This document shows positions 7,358 to 16,422 of a DNA stretch of 31,841 nucleotides, one piece after another. Where the stretch lies: the NCBI GenBank assembly GCA_039683575.1, contig JBDKRC010000246.1:1-31841 (forward strand), given 5' to 3'. The position numbers were made by a program, and so were the translations under genes. Each line of letters begins with the position of its first letter. Positions within the stretch are counted from its first letter, which is position 1. The notes beneath the pieces are model-generated. The model worked only from the letters and a program-made list of their open reading frames with translations, made no database searches and was not told the origin of the DNA. Source of the stretch: Armatimonadia bacterium. Its GTDB lineage: Bacteria > Armatimonadota > Zipacnadia > Zipacnadales > UBA11051.

Positions 7358-8235
7358 TGGCTGTTTCGCTCAAGCATAAATTTGCGTCTGCCAAGGCTGA
7401 CGGCGCTGATCCGTCTCTGGTCAAGCCGTCGAACTGGAACGACGAGCATGACCTGACCCTTGCGACCGATACCCTGCTGGGGCGTGCGACTGCTGGCGCT
7501 GGCGCTGTCGAGGAAGTTGCCTGCACGGCGGCGGGCCGTGCCCTGCTGGATGATGCGACCGCTGCCGACCAGCGCACGACCCTTGGCCTCGGCACGGCGT
7601 CCAACCCGCAGTTTGCCAGCATCGAACTGGGCAATGCCAGCGACACCACGCTGACCCGCGCGTCCGGCGGCACGGTGGCCGTCGAGGGTGTTAACCTCGC
7701 CAAGATAACGGATGTCACCGGGCAGCAGACGATCTGGGTTCCGGCGGGGGCCATGACATCCCGCACCACCAACGGTGCGGCGTCCGGTTCAATCGAGACC
7801 ACCACCAACAAGGTGATGCTGCGGACGCTCGACTTCGACACAGCCGTGGAGGAATACGCGCAGTTCGCCGTCCAGATGCCGAAAAGCTGGGACGCCGGGA
7901 CGCTGATCTGCCAGTTCATCTGGAGCCACGCGGCTACCACCACGAACTTCGGCGTGGTGTGGGGCATTCAGGCCATGTCGCTTGGCGATGGTGGAGCCGC
8001 TGACACGGCGTTCGGCACTCCGATCTACGTGTCTGATACCGGCGGCACGACCAACAACATCTATATCACCGCCGAGACCACCGCAGTGACCGTGGGCAGC
8101 ACGCCCACCGCCGAGAACTTGGTGGTCTTTCAGGTGTCGCGCTCCCCCACGAGCGGGTCCGACACGCTGGCTGCTGATGCCCGCCTGCACGGCGTCAAGG
8201 TCCACTATACCACCAATGCGGCAAAGGACGATTAA
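7357..8235 (+). CDS. fibre-like virion protein (shaft motif plus beta-sandwich C-domain)
   Basis: TAAGRALLDDATAADQRTTLGLG shaft motif; TIWVPA...LDFD...MPKSWD C-domain. Confidence 0.7.
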   Translation: MAVSLKHKFASAKADGADPSLVKPSNWNDEHDLTLATDTLLGRATAGAGAVEEVACTAAGRALLDDATAADQRTTLGLGTASNPQFASIELGNASDTTLTRASGGTVAVEGVNLAKITDVTGQQTIWVPAGAMTSRTTNGAASGSIETTTNKVMLRTLDFDTAVEEYAQFAVQMPKSWDAGTLICQFIWSHAATTTNFGVVWGIQAMSLGDGGAADTAFGTPIYVSDTGGTTNNIYITAETTAVTVGSTPTAENLVVFQVSRSPTSGSDTLAADARLHGVKVHYTTNAAKDD

Positions 8236-8238
8236 CCT

Positions 8239-9048
8239 GTGACCACGAACAACACCCCTACCTTGGTATCTTCCGCCCTCCCGCAGACCAGCCATATAAA
8301 CACGGCTGCGGCAAGACGTGTGGCAGAGATGCTTCCAGAGTTGATGTCAAAAGTGCATGCCTTCGACAGGCACAACACCCAGACAACGCTGACGCTTATG
8401 TCGCTGACCATGCTCAATGGTCATTCCCCATTTCGTTTGCTACGGCAAATCCTTGCGGAAACGGAAAGTCGCCTCATGGCGTTTTCCGAAGCGCAAGTAG
8501 GCTATGCGGAGCTTTTGGCCGAAATTGAAGACCTGAACGGGAAGCAGCCTACCCCCGTGGTAGAGGCGAAGCTTCGCCAGAAATACTTTGCCAAGGAGTG
8601 TTTGGAAGGCAAGATAAACGGCGCGATGAAGGATGTAGCCACGCTCGCTGATGCTTACGAGGCCATTAAAGCCAAGCATGGTATCGAAGAATGGGACGAG
8701 GTTGACGCCGAAGCGGCAGAGCGCACGCATCATACGCGAAGGGCATTCGAGCTTCTTTATCGAAACGTCATAGAAACCGGACGCGCCAAGGAGAGTTCAA
8801 TTGAATATCTTCAGCAGTATGGTGTGCATGCGCAGATCGCCCTCGCCGAAGTTATAGGGTATATCCAGCATACTGACAGCCTCATCAACGCCGGGGAACG
8901 CCCCACCGCCTCGCATCTTGAAGACTTCCTCGACCAGATGGCAGAGAAGTACAAACACTGCGCCGAGCAGGTTTCGGAGCGATTGTTCGGTAAGCGGGAC
9001 ATCGCAAATTCAGATTATATGTTGCAAAAGGCGAGAGGCGGGGAATAG
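8239..9048 (+). CDS. alpha-helical/coiled-coil hypothetical protein
   Basis: 269 aa, charged and helical; AAGGA before GTG; more AT-rich codons than core genes. Confidence 0.75.
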   Translation: MTTNNTPTLVSSALPQTSHINTAAARRVAEMLPELMSKVHAFDRHNTQTTLTLMSLTMLNGHSPFRLLRQILAETESRLMAFSEAQVGYAELLAEIEDLNGKQPTPVVEAKLRQKYFAKECLEGKINGAMKDVATLADAYEAIKAKHGIEEWDEVDAEAAERTHHTRRAFELLYRNVIETGRAKESSIEYLQQYGVHAQIALAEVIGYIQHTDSLINAGERPTASHLEDFLDQMAEKYKHCAEQVSERLFGKRDIANSDYMLQKARGGE

Positions 9049-9051
9049 GCC

Positions 9052-9960
9052 ATGCTTACGGTTAATTCCCTCATCGGGTTTGGGGCGATGGCGGCGGGGA
9101 GCATCACTCTCGGCGTCTTTGTGGGCGGGTCGATTAACGGCGCATCCCAAACCACCATGGATTACATCACCATTGCCGTTATCGGTAATGCGGCCACCTT
9201 CAATACATTGTCGACCTCAAGGCAGTCGCAGGGCATGTGTGCTGACGCCAATCGGGGCGTCTACGCTGGCGGTTATGTTTCGGGTACGAGAACCAATAAC
9301 ATCTCTTATTTTTCCATCCCCAATTTTAGCTCCAATACAAGCTTCGGCACGTTAAGCTCTGCGCGGCACTCTTCTGCGGGATGCAGTGATAAGAACCGTG
9401 GTCTTTTTGGCGGGGGAGACACTGGAAGCAAGGTCAACACTATTGACTATGTGACTATTCAGACGGTCGCAAACTCAACTTCCTTTGGATCGCTCACCGT
9501 GGGTCGTGATGGCTTGGGGGCTGTTGCAGACACAACACGCGGTCTGTTTGGCGGTGGGCTTGCCTTAAATGCTTCTGCGGTTTGTGATTACGTTACTATT
9601 GCCACGACAGGTAATGCCACCAATTTTGGCAATCTCACCCTAGCGCGGCTGTATCTTGCAGCCACGGAGAGCGACACGCGCGGGGTTTTCTTTGGTGGCA
9701 CAATCGGCACAACTAGGCAGACAAGGATTGACTATCAGGTCATTCAAACTTTGGCCGCAGCCACCACGTTCGGAACACTGGCGACCGCGAGAAGCTACCC
9801 TGCGGCGTGTTCAAATCTTTCAAGGGCTGTATTGGGAGGTGGCCTGTTGGCCGCTAACACTGCCACCATGTTATATTTTGACATAGCCACAACTGGAAAC
9901 GGGACATCATTCGGAGACCTTACACTAGCTAGAACTTGGTTTGCCGCAGTATCAGCCTAG
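9052..9960 (+). CDS. six-repeat Kelch-like beta-propeller protein
   Basis: Six ~46 aa repeats RG(L/V)FGGG...IDY.TI...N...FG.L...R. Confidence 0.8.
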   Translation: MLTVNSLIGFGAMAAGSITLGVFVGGSINGASQTTMDYITIAVIGNAATFNTLSTSRQSQGMCADANRGVYAGGYVSGTRTNNISYFSIPNFSSNTSFGTLSSARHSSAGCSDKNRGLFGGGDTGSKVNTIDYVTIQTVANSTSFGSLTVGRDGLGAVADTTRGLFGGGLALNASAVCDYVTIATTGNATNFGNLTLARLYLAATESDTRGVFFGGTIGTTRQTRIDYQVIQTLAAATTFGTLATARSYPAACSNLSRAVLGGGLLAANTATMLYFDIATTGNGTSFGDLTLARTWFAAVSA

Positions 9961-9973
9961 GCAGGAGAGAGAC

Positions 9974-10153
9974 ATGACTGAATACGCGCTTCTCATCGAC
10001 GGCGAGTTCAAGGAAATACGACTTTTCGATACGAAGCCGGTGAACATCCCGCATAAGTACATTGTCTGGTACGAGGTCGTGCGCGCTTACGGTGATACCT
10101 TCACAGGCATAGCCAACGGCAAATGGTACATCCTGACGCCTGAGCAGACATGA
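9974..10153 (+). CDS. 59 aa hypothetical protein, possible fibre chaperone
   Basis: AGGAG SD at 9963-9967, ATG 9974, ATGA coupling to next gene. Confidence 0.6.
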   Translation: MTEYALLIDGEFKEIRLFDTKPVNIPHKYIVWYEVVRAYGDTFTGIANGKWYILTPEQT

Positions 10154-10869
10154 CCACATACCAAGCCAGCGCATTCGATCTACAGGCTTTTGAGGCCACG
10201 CCCCTTGCGGTCGTTCTCAACGGCGGAAGCTATGTCGTCACCGGCACAGATACCAGCCTCAAGCTTAGCGAGGTCGTCGCAGCCAATGCCGGTGCATATG
10301 CTGTCGCTGGTTCGGACGTGGCGTTCTTTACCCAGACCGAGAGTTCCATCGTCGGTACTGGCGGCACCTATGCCGTTGCGGGTGCCACAGCATCCGTGTT
10401 TTACAACAGCGCGGTCATCGGCTTGCCCGGCACCTACGAGCTTGATGGCAAGACCGTCTCCCTGCGCAAGTCGACCAGCACCGATGGCTTTCAGTCGGAC
10501 GCGTTCCAGTATCTCAGCTACCAGATGCCGTTTGCGGCGGTCAGTGTACGGGTCGACAGCGCCAGCTATGCGCTCTCCGGGGGCGAGGCCCTGTTGCGGC
10601 CTTCCGTGACCAAGCTGGCACTGAACAGCGGGGTTTACGCCATCACGGGCGGTGACGCCGCCCTCGACACCCGCTGGTATACTGCGGCGGAAGCCGGGAC
10701 CTACGCCGTTACCGGCGCGAACGCATCCCTGCGCAAGCCGCTCAGCACAGGTTACGTCTTTGTCTGGATGGGCAATGACTGGAAAGAAAAGCCCGTCCGC
10801 GTCTGGGATGGCACAACTTGGCGGGCGTGCCCCCTCAAGTTTTATCGCAATGGTTGGAGGCTCGCATGA
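10150..10869 (+). CDS. repeat-containing virion protein
   Basis: Seven G-x-Y-x-x-x-G-type repeats; Trp-rich C-terminus VWMGNDW..KPVRVWDGTTW. Confidence 0.7.
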   Translation: MTTYQASAFDLQAFEATPLAVVLNGGSYVVTGTDTSLKLSEVVAANAGAYAVAGSDVAFFTQTESSIVGTGGTYAVAGATASVFYNSAVIGLPGTYELDGKTVSLRKSTSTDGFQSDAFQYLSYQMPFAAVSVRVDSASYALSGGEALLRPSVTKLALNSGVYAITGGDAALDTRWYTAAEAGTYAVTGANASLRKPLSTGYVFVWMGNDWKEKPVRVWDGTTWRACPLKFYRNGWRLA

Positions 10870-10898
10870 TTGTCACCGCGTCACCATTGGGATATAGA
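10870..10898 (+). promoter_or_regulatory. sigma70-type promoter for lysis cassette
   Basis: TTGTCA 10870-10875, 17 nt, TATAGA 10893-10898. Confidence 0.55.
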
Positions 10899-10929
10899 TA
10901 TGTTTGCTTGCGCTAGAGGGGTCCGTTTT

Positions 10930-11256
10930 ATGCCGCCAGTAGTGAATGACACAACCCTTTGGCTCAGGCAGGCGTTTCCCACGCCGGTTGTCGTGACGCT
11001 GATCCTCTACACGATGGGGGCGTCAACCTACGTCTCGTCGTGGAAGAGCGAGATCGAAGCCAAGCTGAGCGCATTGGAGAAGGTCGCCCTCTCCATGGGT
11101 TCGCACGAAAATCGGCTTGTCGTTCTGGAGCAGCAGTTCATCCAGATCAGGGAAGACCTTGCCGAGATAAAACTCATGCTGCGCGAGAAGCGGGCCAGCG
11201 CCATCCCCAAAATCCAGACGTTATCGCCCGCCAGCGCATTACCGGAGGTTCAATGA
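10930..11256 (+). CDS. single-TM plus coiled-coil protein, lysis-cassette associated
   Basis: GAGGGG SD before ATG 10930; hydrophobic PVVVTLILYTMGA then heptads; coupled to endolysin. Confidence 0.6.
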   Translation: MPPVVNDTTLWLRQAFPTPVVVTLILYTMGASTYVSSWKSEIEAKLSALEKVALSMGSHENRLVVLEQQFIQIREDLAEIKLMLREKRASAIPKIQTLSPASALPEVQ

Positions 11257-11687
11257 GCCGCAAAAGCACCAACTGGATTGTCCTGCACTGTTCCGCCACG
11301 CGCGGGGTTCAGGACATCGGCGCAGCCGACATCCGCCGCTGGCACAAGGACAAGGGCTGGAAGGACATCGGCTACCACTTCGTGATCCGCCGGGACGGCA
11401 AGGTCGAGAAGGGCCGCGCCATCGACGCCATCGGCTCCCATGTGCAGGGTCACAATATCAACAGCGTTGGCATCTGCCTTGTGGGCGGTATCGACGACAA
11501 GACGTGGCAGCCCGCTGACAACTTTACGGCAGCGCAATGGAAATCTCTCAAGCAGCTTGTCGACACCCTTGTAAAAAGATATCCTGCTGCAAAGGTTCTT
11601 GGCCACCGGGATTTTCCGAAGGTCCAGAAAGCGTGTCCGTGCTTTGAAGCCAAGGTCTGGGCCAAGAAGAACGGGTTTCCAGTCTAA
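11253..11687 (+). CDS. endolysin, N-acetylmuramoyl-L-alanine amidase (Amidase_2, T7 lysozyme-like)
   Basis: IVLHCSAT, IGYHFVI, GSHVQGHN, GICLVGG, GHRD, KACP; GGAGG before ATG 11253. Confidence 0.95.
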   Translation: MSRKSTNWIVLHCSATRGVQDIGAADIRRWHKDKGWKDIGYHFVIRRDGKVEKGRAIDAIGSHVQGHNINSVGICLVGGIDDKTWQPADNFTAAQWKSLKQLVDTLVKRYPAAKVLGHRDFPKVQKACPCFEAKVWAKKNGFPV

Positions 11688-11702
11688 CGAAAGGACAACC
11701 AG

Positions 11703-11882
11703 ATGTTTAGTTCCATCGACAAGGCCCTCGCCGCTCTCGTGATGGCGGTTCTGTTCCTTATCAATTACTTCTTCGGCGTCAACCTTAGCTGGGTGTCGCA
11801 GGACACGGTGGCGACCGTTATCGGTCTGCTGATGCCGGTGCTTGTCTGGGCGGTGCCCAACAAGGCGAAGCCGACCGTATGA
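11703..11882 (+). CDS. putative holin (59 aa, two TM helices)
   Basis: Manual translation MFSSIDKALAALVMAVLFLINYFFGVNLSWVSQDTVATVIGLLMPVLVWAVPNKAKPTV; AAGGA SD; follows endolysin; missing from ORF track. Confidence 0.7.
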   Translation: MFSSIDKALAALVMAVLFLINYFFGVNLSWVSQDTVATVIGLLMPVLVWAVPNKAKPTV

Positions 11883-12127
11883 TGTGGCAGGAAGCAGTCG
11901 CCACCGCAGTGGTGATCCTCGGCCTGTTTGCCGGGGCTTTCCTCTACGGTCGCCGTCCTGCTTTCTGGATCGAATTTGGGGTGCGCATCTTCACAGCGGT
12001 GCGGCCCGCTGTGTGGAACTACCTCACAAAGCGCATGAGCCCCGAAGATGAAGCGCGTATGCACGCCTGCATCAGACGTGGCGGTACGTGGGATAATTTC
12101 CGCAAGAAATGTAGAGAGAGCAAGTAA
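11882..12127 (+). CDS. small membrane-anchored basic protein
   Basis: N-terminal TM, Arg-rich tail with two Cys; coupled to holin and portal; start could be 11879. Confidence 0.65.
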   Translation: MWQEAVATAVVILGLFAGAFLYGRRPAFWIEFGVRIFTAVRPAVWNYLTKRMSPEDEARMHACIRRGGTWDNFRKKCRESK

Positions 12128-14205
12128 TGCCGGGACTTACCCTACTTCGCGTTGTCAGCAACGCCGACCTTGATGCGCAGGAGCGCCGTCAGCAGGACGC
12201 CGACCTTGAGGCCCGCCAGCAGAGCCCTCTCATCCTCGGGCTTGCAGCCTACCTGCGCGAATGCTGGGACGCCGCCCAGATGGCGAAACGCCCCATTGAG
12301 ACCGTTATGCTCAAGGCCATGCGCCAGCGCAACGGCGAGTACGAACCGGAAAAGCTCAACGCCATCCGGGCGCAGGGCGGCTCCGAAGTCTACATGATGC
12401 TGACCGAGATCAAGTGCCGCGCCGCCGAAAGCTGGCTGCGTGACATCCTGATGGATCAGGGCACGCCCCCGTGGGACTTGCAGGCAACGCCGATCCCCGA
12501 TCTGTCACCGACCGACATGGAAGAACTGAAGCAGGCGTTTGCCGAGCAGGTGCTGATCACCATGCGGCAGACCGGTCAGGCTCCGACCAAGGCCGACATG
12601 ATGGAACTGAAGGAGGTCGTCGCCCAGCAGTTCCGCTTCAAGCTGTTGCAGACGGCGCAGAACCGCGTCGAGCGCATGAAGACCAAGATCGAAGACCAGC
12701 TTGTGCAGGGTGGCTGGTCTGACGCCTTCAACGAGTTCATTACCGATCTGGCGACCTTCCCCTGCGCCTTCATCAAGGGGCCCATCGTTCGCCGCCAGCG
12801 GTATCTCAAGTGGAACACGTCACCCGAAGGGCGCACCACCGTGGAGCCCGGCGAGCGCATTGCGCCCGAGTACGAGCGCGTCAGCCCGTTCAATATCTAC
12901 CCCGAGCCCGGCGTTACCCGTATCAATGACGGCTATCTTTTCGAGCATCACGAACTGACCCGGCAGGCGCTGGCCGATCTCATCGGCGTTCCGGGCTATG
13001 ACGAGCAGGCCATCCGCAAGGCGCTGGAGAACGGCCCGCAGTCTTCGTGGGTGACACCCATGGAGGACGATGCCCGCGAGGAGGAAGAGCGCAAGTTCTA
13101 CACCGAGATGCGCCCGACCGATGTGTATGACGCAATCGAGTTCTGGGGCAAGGTGTCCGGCAAGATGCTCCGCGAGTGGGGCATGACCCCCGAAGAGATA
13201 CCGGACGAGGCCAAGGAGTATGACGCCAACGTCTGGATGGTCGGCACCATGGTCATCAAGGCCGTGCTGAACTACGACCCGCTGGGCGAGAAGCCCTACG
13301 CCAAGACCTCGTTCATCAAGACGCCGGGCTCGTTCTGGGGCCGGTCCATCCCCGAGATTATCGAAGACCTCCAGAATATCTGCAACGCGGCTGCCCGCGC
13401 ACTGGTCAACAACATGGGCATCGCGTCCGGTCCGCAGGTCGAGCTTAACCTTGAGCGCCTGCCGCCGAACGAAGAGATCACCACGATGCACCCGTGGAAA
13501 ATCTGGCAGGTTCTCAACGACCCGCTGGGCAGTTCCGCACCGGCCATCCGCTTCAACCAGCCGACCGACAACTCCGGTTCGCTGATGGCGGTCTACGAGA
13601 AGTTCAGCCGTCTGGCCGACGACCACTCGGGCATCCCCTCGTACATCTATGGCGACACGGACGTGCAGGGCGCTGGCCGCACGGCGTCCGGGCTTTCCAT
13701 GCTCATGGGCTCCGCTGGCAAGGGCATCCGGCAGGTGGTGATGCACATCGACCATGATGTGGTGAAGCCGATCATCCACCGGCAGTTCGTCTACAACATG
13801 CGCTACGACGATGACGAGAGCATCAAGGGCGATGCCCAGATCATACCGCGTGGTGCCGTCAACCTCGCTGTCAAGGAAACCACCAATGTTCGCCGCGTCG
13901 AGTTCCTGAACGCCACGGCCAACGAGATCGACATGGGCATCATCGGACCCGATGGCCGCGCGGCCATTCTGCGCGAGATTGCCAAGGGGCTCCAGATGCC
14001 GGTGGACGAGGTTGTGCCGTCCCGCGAAAACCTCGCGGCCAAGAAGAAGGCGCAGGAGCGCATGGCGATGCAGCAGATAGCAGCGCAGGGAGGCATGGGG
14101 GGTACAACCCCGCCGGGGCAGCAGCCCGCCGCCCAGCAGCTTGATCCCGGTGGCGCACCCCCCGGTGGCACCAACCTCGTCGCCAACCCGCAGACCGGCC
14201 AATGA
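12127..14205 (+). CDS. portal protein
   Basis: 692 aa; RVSPFNIYP, FWGRSIPE...LQ...N, GRTASGLSML, Gln/Pro-rich tail; position before scaffold and capsid. Confidence 0.9.
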   Translation: MPGLTLLRVVSNADLDAQERRQQDADLEARQQSPLILGLAAYLRECWDAAQMAKRPIETVMLKAMRQRNGEYEPEKLNAIRAQGGSEVYMMLTEIKCRAAESWLRDILMDQGTPPWDLQATPIPDLSPTDMEELKQAFAEQVLITMRQTGQAPTKADMMELKEVVAQQFRFKLLQTAQNRVERMKTKIEDQLVQGGWSDAFNEFITDLATFPCAFIKGPIVRRQRYLKWNTSPEGRTTVEPGERIAPEYERVSPFNIYPEPGVTRINDGYLFEHHELTRQALADLIGVPGYDEQAIRKALENGPQSSWVTPMEDDAREEEERKFYTEMRPTDVYDAIEFWGKVSGKMLREWGMTPEEIPDEAKEYDANVWMVGTMVIKAVLNYDPLGEKPYAKTSFIKTPGSFWGRSIPEIIEDLQNICNAAARALVNNMGIASGPQVELNLERLPPNEEITTMHPWKIWQVLNDPLGSSAPAIRFNQPTDNSGSLMAVYEKFSRLADDHSGIPSYIYGDTDVQGAGRTASGLSMLMGSAGKGIRQVVMHIDHDVVKPIIHRQFVYNMRYDDDESIKGDAQIIPRGAVNLAVKETTNVRRVEFLNATANEIDMGIIGPDGRAAILREIAKGLQMPVDEVVPSRENLAAKKKAQERMAMQQIAAQGGMGGTTPPGQQPAAQQLDPGGAPPGGTNLVANPQTGQ

Positions 14206-14426
14206 TCCGCCCGGAAGAAGACATCATTCAGATGATCGCCCGGATGTCCGGGCATTATCCTGAAATCGCCAAGTGGCTCAACGACTGGCGCACCCGCGAA
14301 CTGGAGCAGCTACCCAATGTGGGGGCCGCTGTGCAGATCGCCCAAGGCCGGTGCCAAGTGTTGACAGAGCTATGTAAACTTGTTAATAGTTCCCGTGAGT
14401 TGGCTGCACAACCGCGCAGACGGTAG
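14202..14426 (+). CDS. small helical protein following portal (Bbp19-like position)
   Basis: ATGA coupling; ...IAQGRCQVLTEL motif. Confidence 0.7.
   Translation: MIRPEEDIIQMIARMSGHYPEIAKWLNDWRTRELEQLPNVGAAVQIAQGRCQVLTELCKLVNSSRELAAQPRRR
14361..14389 (+). promoter_or_regulatory. promoter embedded in coding sequence, upstream of scaffold/capsid
   Basis: TTGACA 14361-14366, 17 nt, TAATAG 14384-14389 with upstream TG; local AT-rich island. Confidence 0.65.
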
Positions 14427-14474
14427 CATCCACCGCAAACAAATTAACGCACGCACACCGAGAGGAGCGTTTGT

Positions 14475-15473
14475 ATGGCCCTACCCGAGCAGATCAGAAA
14501 GCAGTCCGAGGCTATTGCCAAGCACTACGAGGAGATCAACGCCGATGCGGTTCAGGAAACTGGCGCAGGCGAAGACGCTTCCGTAGGCGAGGAAGCCAAC
14601 GGTGCCGCTGACCCTGCACCTGAAGCCGCGCTTAACGAGAAAAAGCGACCGGCTACCACCGTAGATGAAACTGCTGAGCAGCGGTATCGCACCCTTCAGG
14701 GTATGTATAACGCCGACACTGCCCGCTTGCGGGCTGATAAGCAGGAACTCGCCTCACGGGTTGAGCAGCTTGAAAGGCTGCTGTCGTCTCTATCTTCTGC
14801 GCCTGCACAGTCTACCGCTAGCTTTGCTAGCAACGAAAAGCTCATCACAGATAAAGATATTGAGGACTACGGAGACAGCATCGAAGTGATGCGCCGTGTG
14901 TCCAAAGAGGAAACCATTGCCTCCCAACGTAAGATTGCAGAGCTTGAAAAGCTCATCCGCGATCTTCAGGTGCAAGTGGTTCCTCGCGTCGAGGCGGTCG
15001 CCCAGCGACAGGCCAAATCTGCTGCTGATGCTTTCTGGACCGACCTGACAGCAGTCGTACCGAACTGGAGAGACATCAACCAGAACAAGGATTTCCATGC
15101 GTGGCTCCTTGAGGTCGACCCTCTGACTGGTGTGAACCGTCAGACCCACCTCGCGGATGCGCAGAAAAATCTGGATGTTCGTCGCGTGGCGGCGTTCTTC
15201 AGTACGTGGCAGGGGAACACTGGCCACAGCATTGCTCACGAACCTCGGGACGTTGCAAAGTCTCAGCTTGAGAAGCAGGTTGCCCCCGGACGTGGCCGCA
15301 CAGCGGCTGCCCCCTCGGCACCCCAGTCCAAGACGTATTCGGCGGAAGACATCAAGAAGTTCTTCAACGATGTACGGCGTGGCGCATTCAAGGGCCGTGA
15401 GACCGAGCGCGACCGTATCGAACGCGATATCTTCGCCGCCCAGCGCGAGGGTCGCATAGTCGCAAATGGTTAA
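14475..15473 (+). CDS. capsid scaffolding protein
   Basis: Acidic disordered N-terminus, RYRTLQGMYN coiled coil, directly before capsid gene; GAGGAG SD. Confidence 0.8.
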   Translation: MALPEQIRKQSEAIAKHYEEINADAVQETGAGEDASVGEEANGAADPAPEAALNEKKRPATTVDETAEQRYRTLQGMYNADTARLRADKQELASRVEQLERLLSSLSSAPAQSTASFASNEKLITDKDIEDYGDSIEVMRRVSKEETIASQRKIAELEKLIRDLQVQVVPRVEAVAQRQAKSAADAFWTDLTAVVPNWRDINQNKDFHAWLLEVDPLTGVNRQTHLADAQKNLDVRRVAAFFSTWQGNTGHSIAHEPRDVAKSQLEKQVAPGRGRTAAAPSAPQSKTYSAEDIKKFFNDVRRGAFKGRETERDRIERDIFAAQREGRIVANG

Positions 15474-15486
15474 ACGGAGCCCATAA

Positions 15487-16410
15487 ATGGCATTCCCTAC
15501 CGCACCCGGTCGCCCGAACTATTCGGGTAACTTCATCCCCGAAATCTGGTCGGGGAAGCTGATTGAGAACTTCTATGGCGCCACGGTTCTCGCGGCTATC
15601 TCCAACACTGACTACGAAGGCGAGATCAAGGGTCAGGGCGATACGGTCAACATCCGTACGCAGCCCAACATCACGATCCGCGATTACGTCAAGGGTCAGA
15701 ACCTCGTCGTCGAAACGCCGGACAAGCCGAAAATCCAGCTTCTCGTTGACAAGGGCGAATACTTCGCTTGCGTCGAGGACGACATCGACAAGGTGCAGAC
15801 CGATGTCAAGCTGATGGATATGTGGTCTAAGGATGCTTCCGAGCAGATGAAGATCAAGATCGACCAGCGCGTTCTGACCGACATCCTGCCGGACATCGCC
15901 GCCGTCAACAAGGGTACGGCTGCTGGCCGCGTCTCTGGCGCGTTCAACCTCGGCACGTCTGTCGCTCCGCTCACCGTCTCCAAGGACGGCGTTGGTGGCA
16001 CGACCTCCGTGGTCGACCTCATCGTTGACATGGGCACCGTTCTCGACGAAGCCAACTGCCCCGAAAGCGGTCGCTTCCTCGTGATCCCCGCGCGTATGGC
16101 CAACCTCATCAAGAAGTCGGAACTGAAGGACGCGTCGATCACGGGCGACAACCAGTCGGTTGTGCGCAACGGTCGTCTCGGCATGATCGACCGCTTCACG
16201 CTGTATGTCAGCCATAACATCAACATCTCTTCGGGCAAGTACAGCATCATCGCTGGCACGAAGATGGGCCTCACCTTCGCTACGCAGATGACCGAAATGG
16301 AAACCCTGCGTTCCGAAACCACCTTCGGTGACATCATTCGTGGGCTTCAGGTTTACGGCTACAAAGTCGTCAAGCCGGAAGCTCTTACGACCGCTGTCGT
16401 CCAGTTCTAA
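15487..16410 (+). CDS. major capsid protein (HK97 fold)
   Basis: FIPEIWSGKL, YEGEI..QGDTVNI, NGRLGMIDRF, RGLQVYGYKVVKPEAL. Confidence 0.92.
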   Translation: MAFPTAPGRPNYSGNFIPEIWSGKLIENFYGATVLAAISNTDYEGEIKGQGDTVNIRTQPNITIRDYVKGQNLVVETPDKPKIQLLVDKGEYFACVEDDIDKVQTDVKLMDMWSKDASEQMKIKIDQRVLTDILPDIAAVNKGTAAGRVSGAFNLGTSVAPLTVSKDGVGGTTSVVDLIVDMGTVLDEANCPESGRFLVIPARMANLIKKSELKDASITGDNQSVVRNGRLGMIDRFTLYVSHNINISSGKYSIIAGTKMGLTFATQMTEMETLRSETTFGDIIRGLQVYGYKVVKPEALTTAVVQF

Positions 16411-16422
16411 GGAGACCTGATA

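Noticed and set aside
4291-10869. Diversity-generating retroelement or invertible fibre shufflon
   Set aside because: No reverse transcriptase, recombinase, adenine-variant repeat pair or inverted cassette seen in this window
10959-11252. N-terminal extension of the endolysin in the ORF track
   Set aside because: Overlaps the upstream membrane gene; amidase motifs and a GGAGG SD begin at 11253
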